Below are positions 63,007 to 64,000 of a stretch of 64,000 nt of DNA, piece by piece. The stretch is taken from positions 496,001-560,000 of the forward strand of contig JALMLS010000093.1 in the NCBI GenBank assembly GCA_038496445.1, in the 5' to 3' direction. The first letter of the stretch is position 1; every line of letters begins with the position of its first letter. The DNA comes from Trichosphaerium sp. ATCC 40318. Lineage: Eukaryota; Protista; Tubulinea. A program made the position numbers and the translations under genes. A model generated the notes under the pieces. That model did not search any database and was not told the DNA's origin. It saw only the letters and a program-made list of their open reading frames with translations.

Positions 63007-64000
63007 ATGAACAGGTTATTAGCAACCCTATGCGTATTACTTACAGCCATTTCATTGGCTTCGGGTCACGGTAGGCTCACAATACCCAGAACTCGAGATA
63101 TGATAAACGGCGTGTCCATTGCTAACCAAAACATACCTGTACCACTCGAATCAAGCGTACGCCATTTTCTTGCTCCCGAAACGTAACTTGACGTAACTTG
63201 CTGTAGGCCTTTGTATGTCGTGATCAACCTGAAGGTGATGTTGAAGTAGCTTTAGTAGCTGGCGAGAGTTTAGCTGTTCAATGGACATACGATGCTAACC
63301 ATGTTGTACGACTTTATTTTTTTTTTTTTTTCGGTTCTTTAGTTTTAATTAATTATGGCTTCCAGGGCGACTGTTTCTTTTATCTATCATACGGTGATAA
63401 ATGGTGGAAGATTGCAGAATACGCTGAGTGTAACAGTACGTATTTTTAACTTGGCGTTGACAGATTTTTTGGGTTTTTTTCTGATAATGCTAAAAAAGTG
63501 TTGTCATTTCGCTCGTGTTTTGATCCAATTAATAATCGTTTTCGCTATTAGAGTTGAACAAAGTAACCCTTCAGATTGATATACCTTCGTGGTTCCCATC
63601 TTGCACAAAATGTATTCTTCGTTATGAGTGGTATGCTTTACACCAATATACATCAGGTGCACTAAACGGAAGCCCAGAGTTTTACAGTACGTCAGAAAGA
63701 AGTTTAAAATATATTGAAACAGCGACTAATTTAGTCATTTTTTAAGATCAATGTGTTGATGTCTCCGTCACAAACGGTGAAGGTGTAACAGGTGTACCTA
63801 AAGCTGAACCTGCTGTAACCATACCAGGGCATTTACCGCCAACATTTGCTGACTACAGAGTGCGTTCTTTTACACTGAAGTTAAGAGCTCTACTTTTTTC
63901 TCGTGAACAGCAGCATACTGTTACTATCCATGGCAATGGTTAAACCGGGTATTACAACCATTAGTAATAACTAAGGTTTTAATACTGAGCTGGTTTCGAA
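63007..64000 (+). CDS. Secreted lytic polysaccharide monooxygenase (LPMO)-like protein, 3' end outside the window
   Basis: Signal peptide ending ASG then H1-GRLTIP; second His in DANHVGDCFFYLS; CILRYEWYALH..EFY.QCVDV. Confidence 0.8.

Noticed and set aside
1-64000. Alternative genetic code (TAG or TGA reassignment)
   Set aside because: Conserved genes splice into stop-free frames and end in TAA, TAG and TGA; polyQ uses only CAA/CAG; in-frame stops occur only in a few accessory loci

Overview
AT-rich, gene-dense eukaryotic DNA with many short (about 40-60 nt) spliceosomal introns. Donors are mostly GTACGT/GTATGT/GTAAGT and the genetic code is standard. Gene content (ARM-DH-PH RhoGEF, cAR-like GPCR, Rac, Rap, F-box-JmjC) suggests an amoeboid protist, probably Amoebozoa (inference). 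I assembled the gene models by hand, so exon boundaries are approximate. Housekeeping genes: ATG13, RUN-FYVE protein, aspartoacylase, YJU2, SAM methyltransferase, TruA, HIBCH-like protein, Ser/Thr kinase, JMJD6-like protein and DnaJ. Accessory content: (i) an inverted triplication of a LamG-domain type I receptor with a bacterial-style signature, plus a second receptor that shares its juxtamembrane domain and has an ITIM/ITSM-like tyrosine tail; (ii) four intron-poor F-box genes (two LRR, one MORN, one unknown domain) resembling giant-virus gene families, two of them disrupted and one with a truncated duplicate; (iii) secreted polysaccharide-active enzymes (FN3-PA14-heparinase II/III and an LPMO-like protein). 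Window-wide signals are recurrent GC-AG introns with GCACGT donors, strong over-representation of CACGTG, and hairpin-rich long introns. No tRNA, rRNA, CRISPR array or transposase was found.
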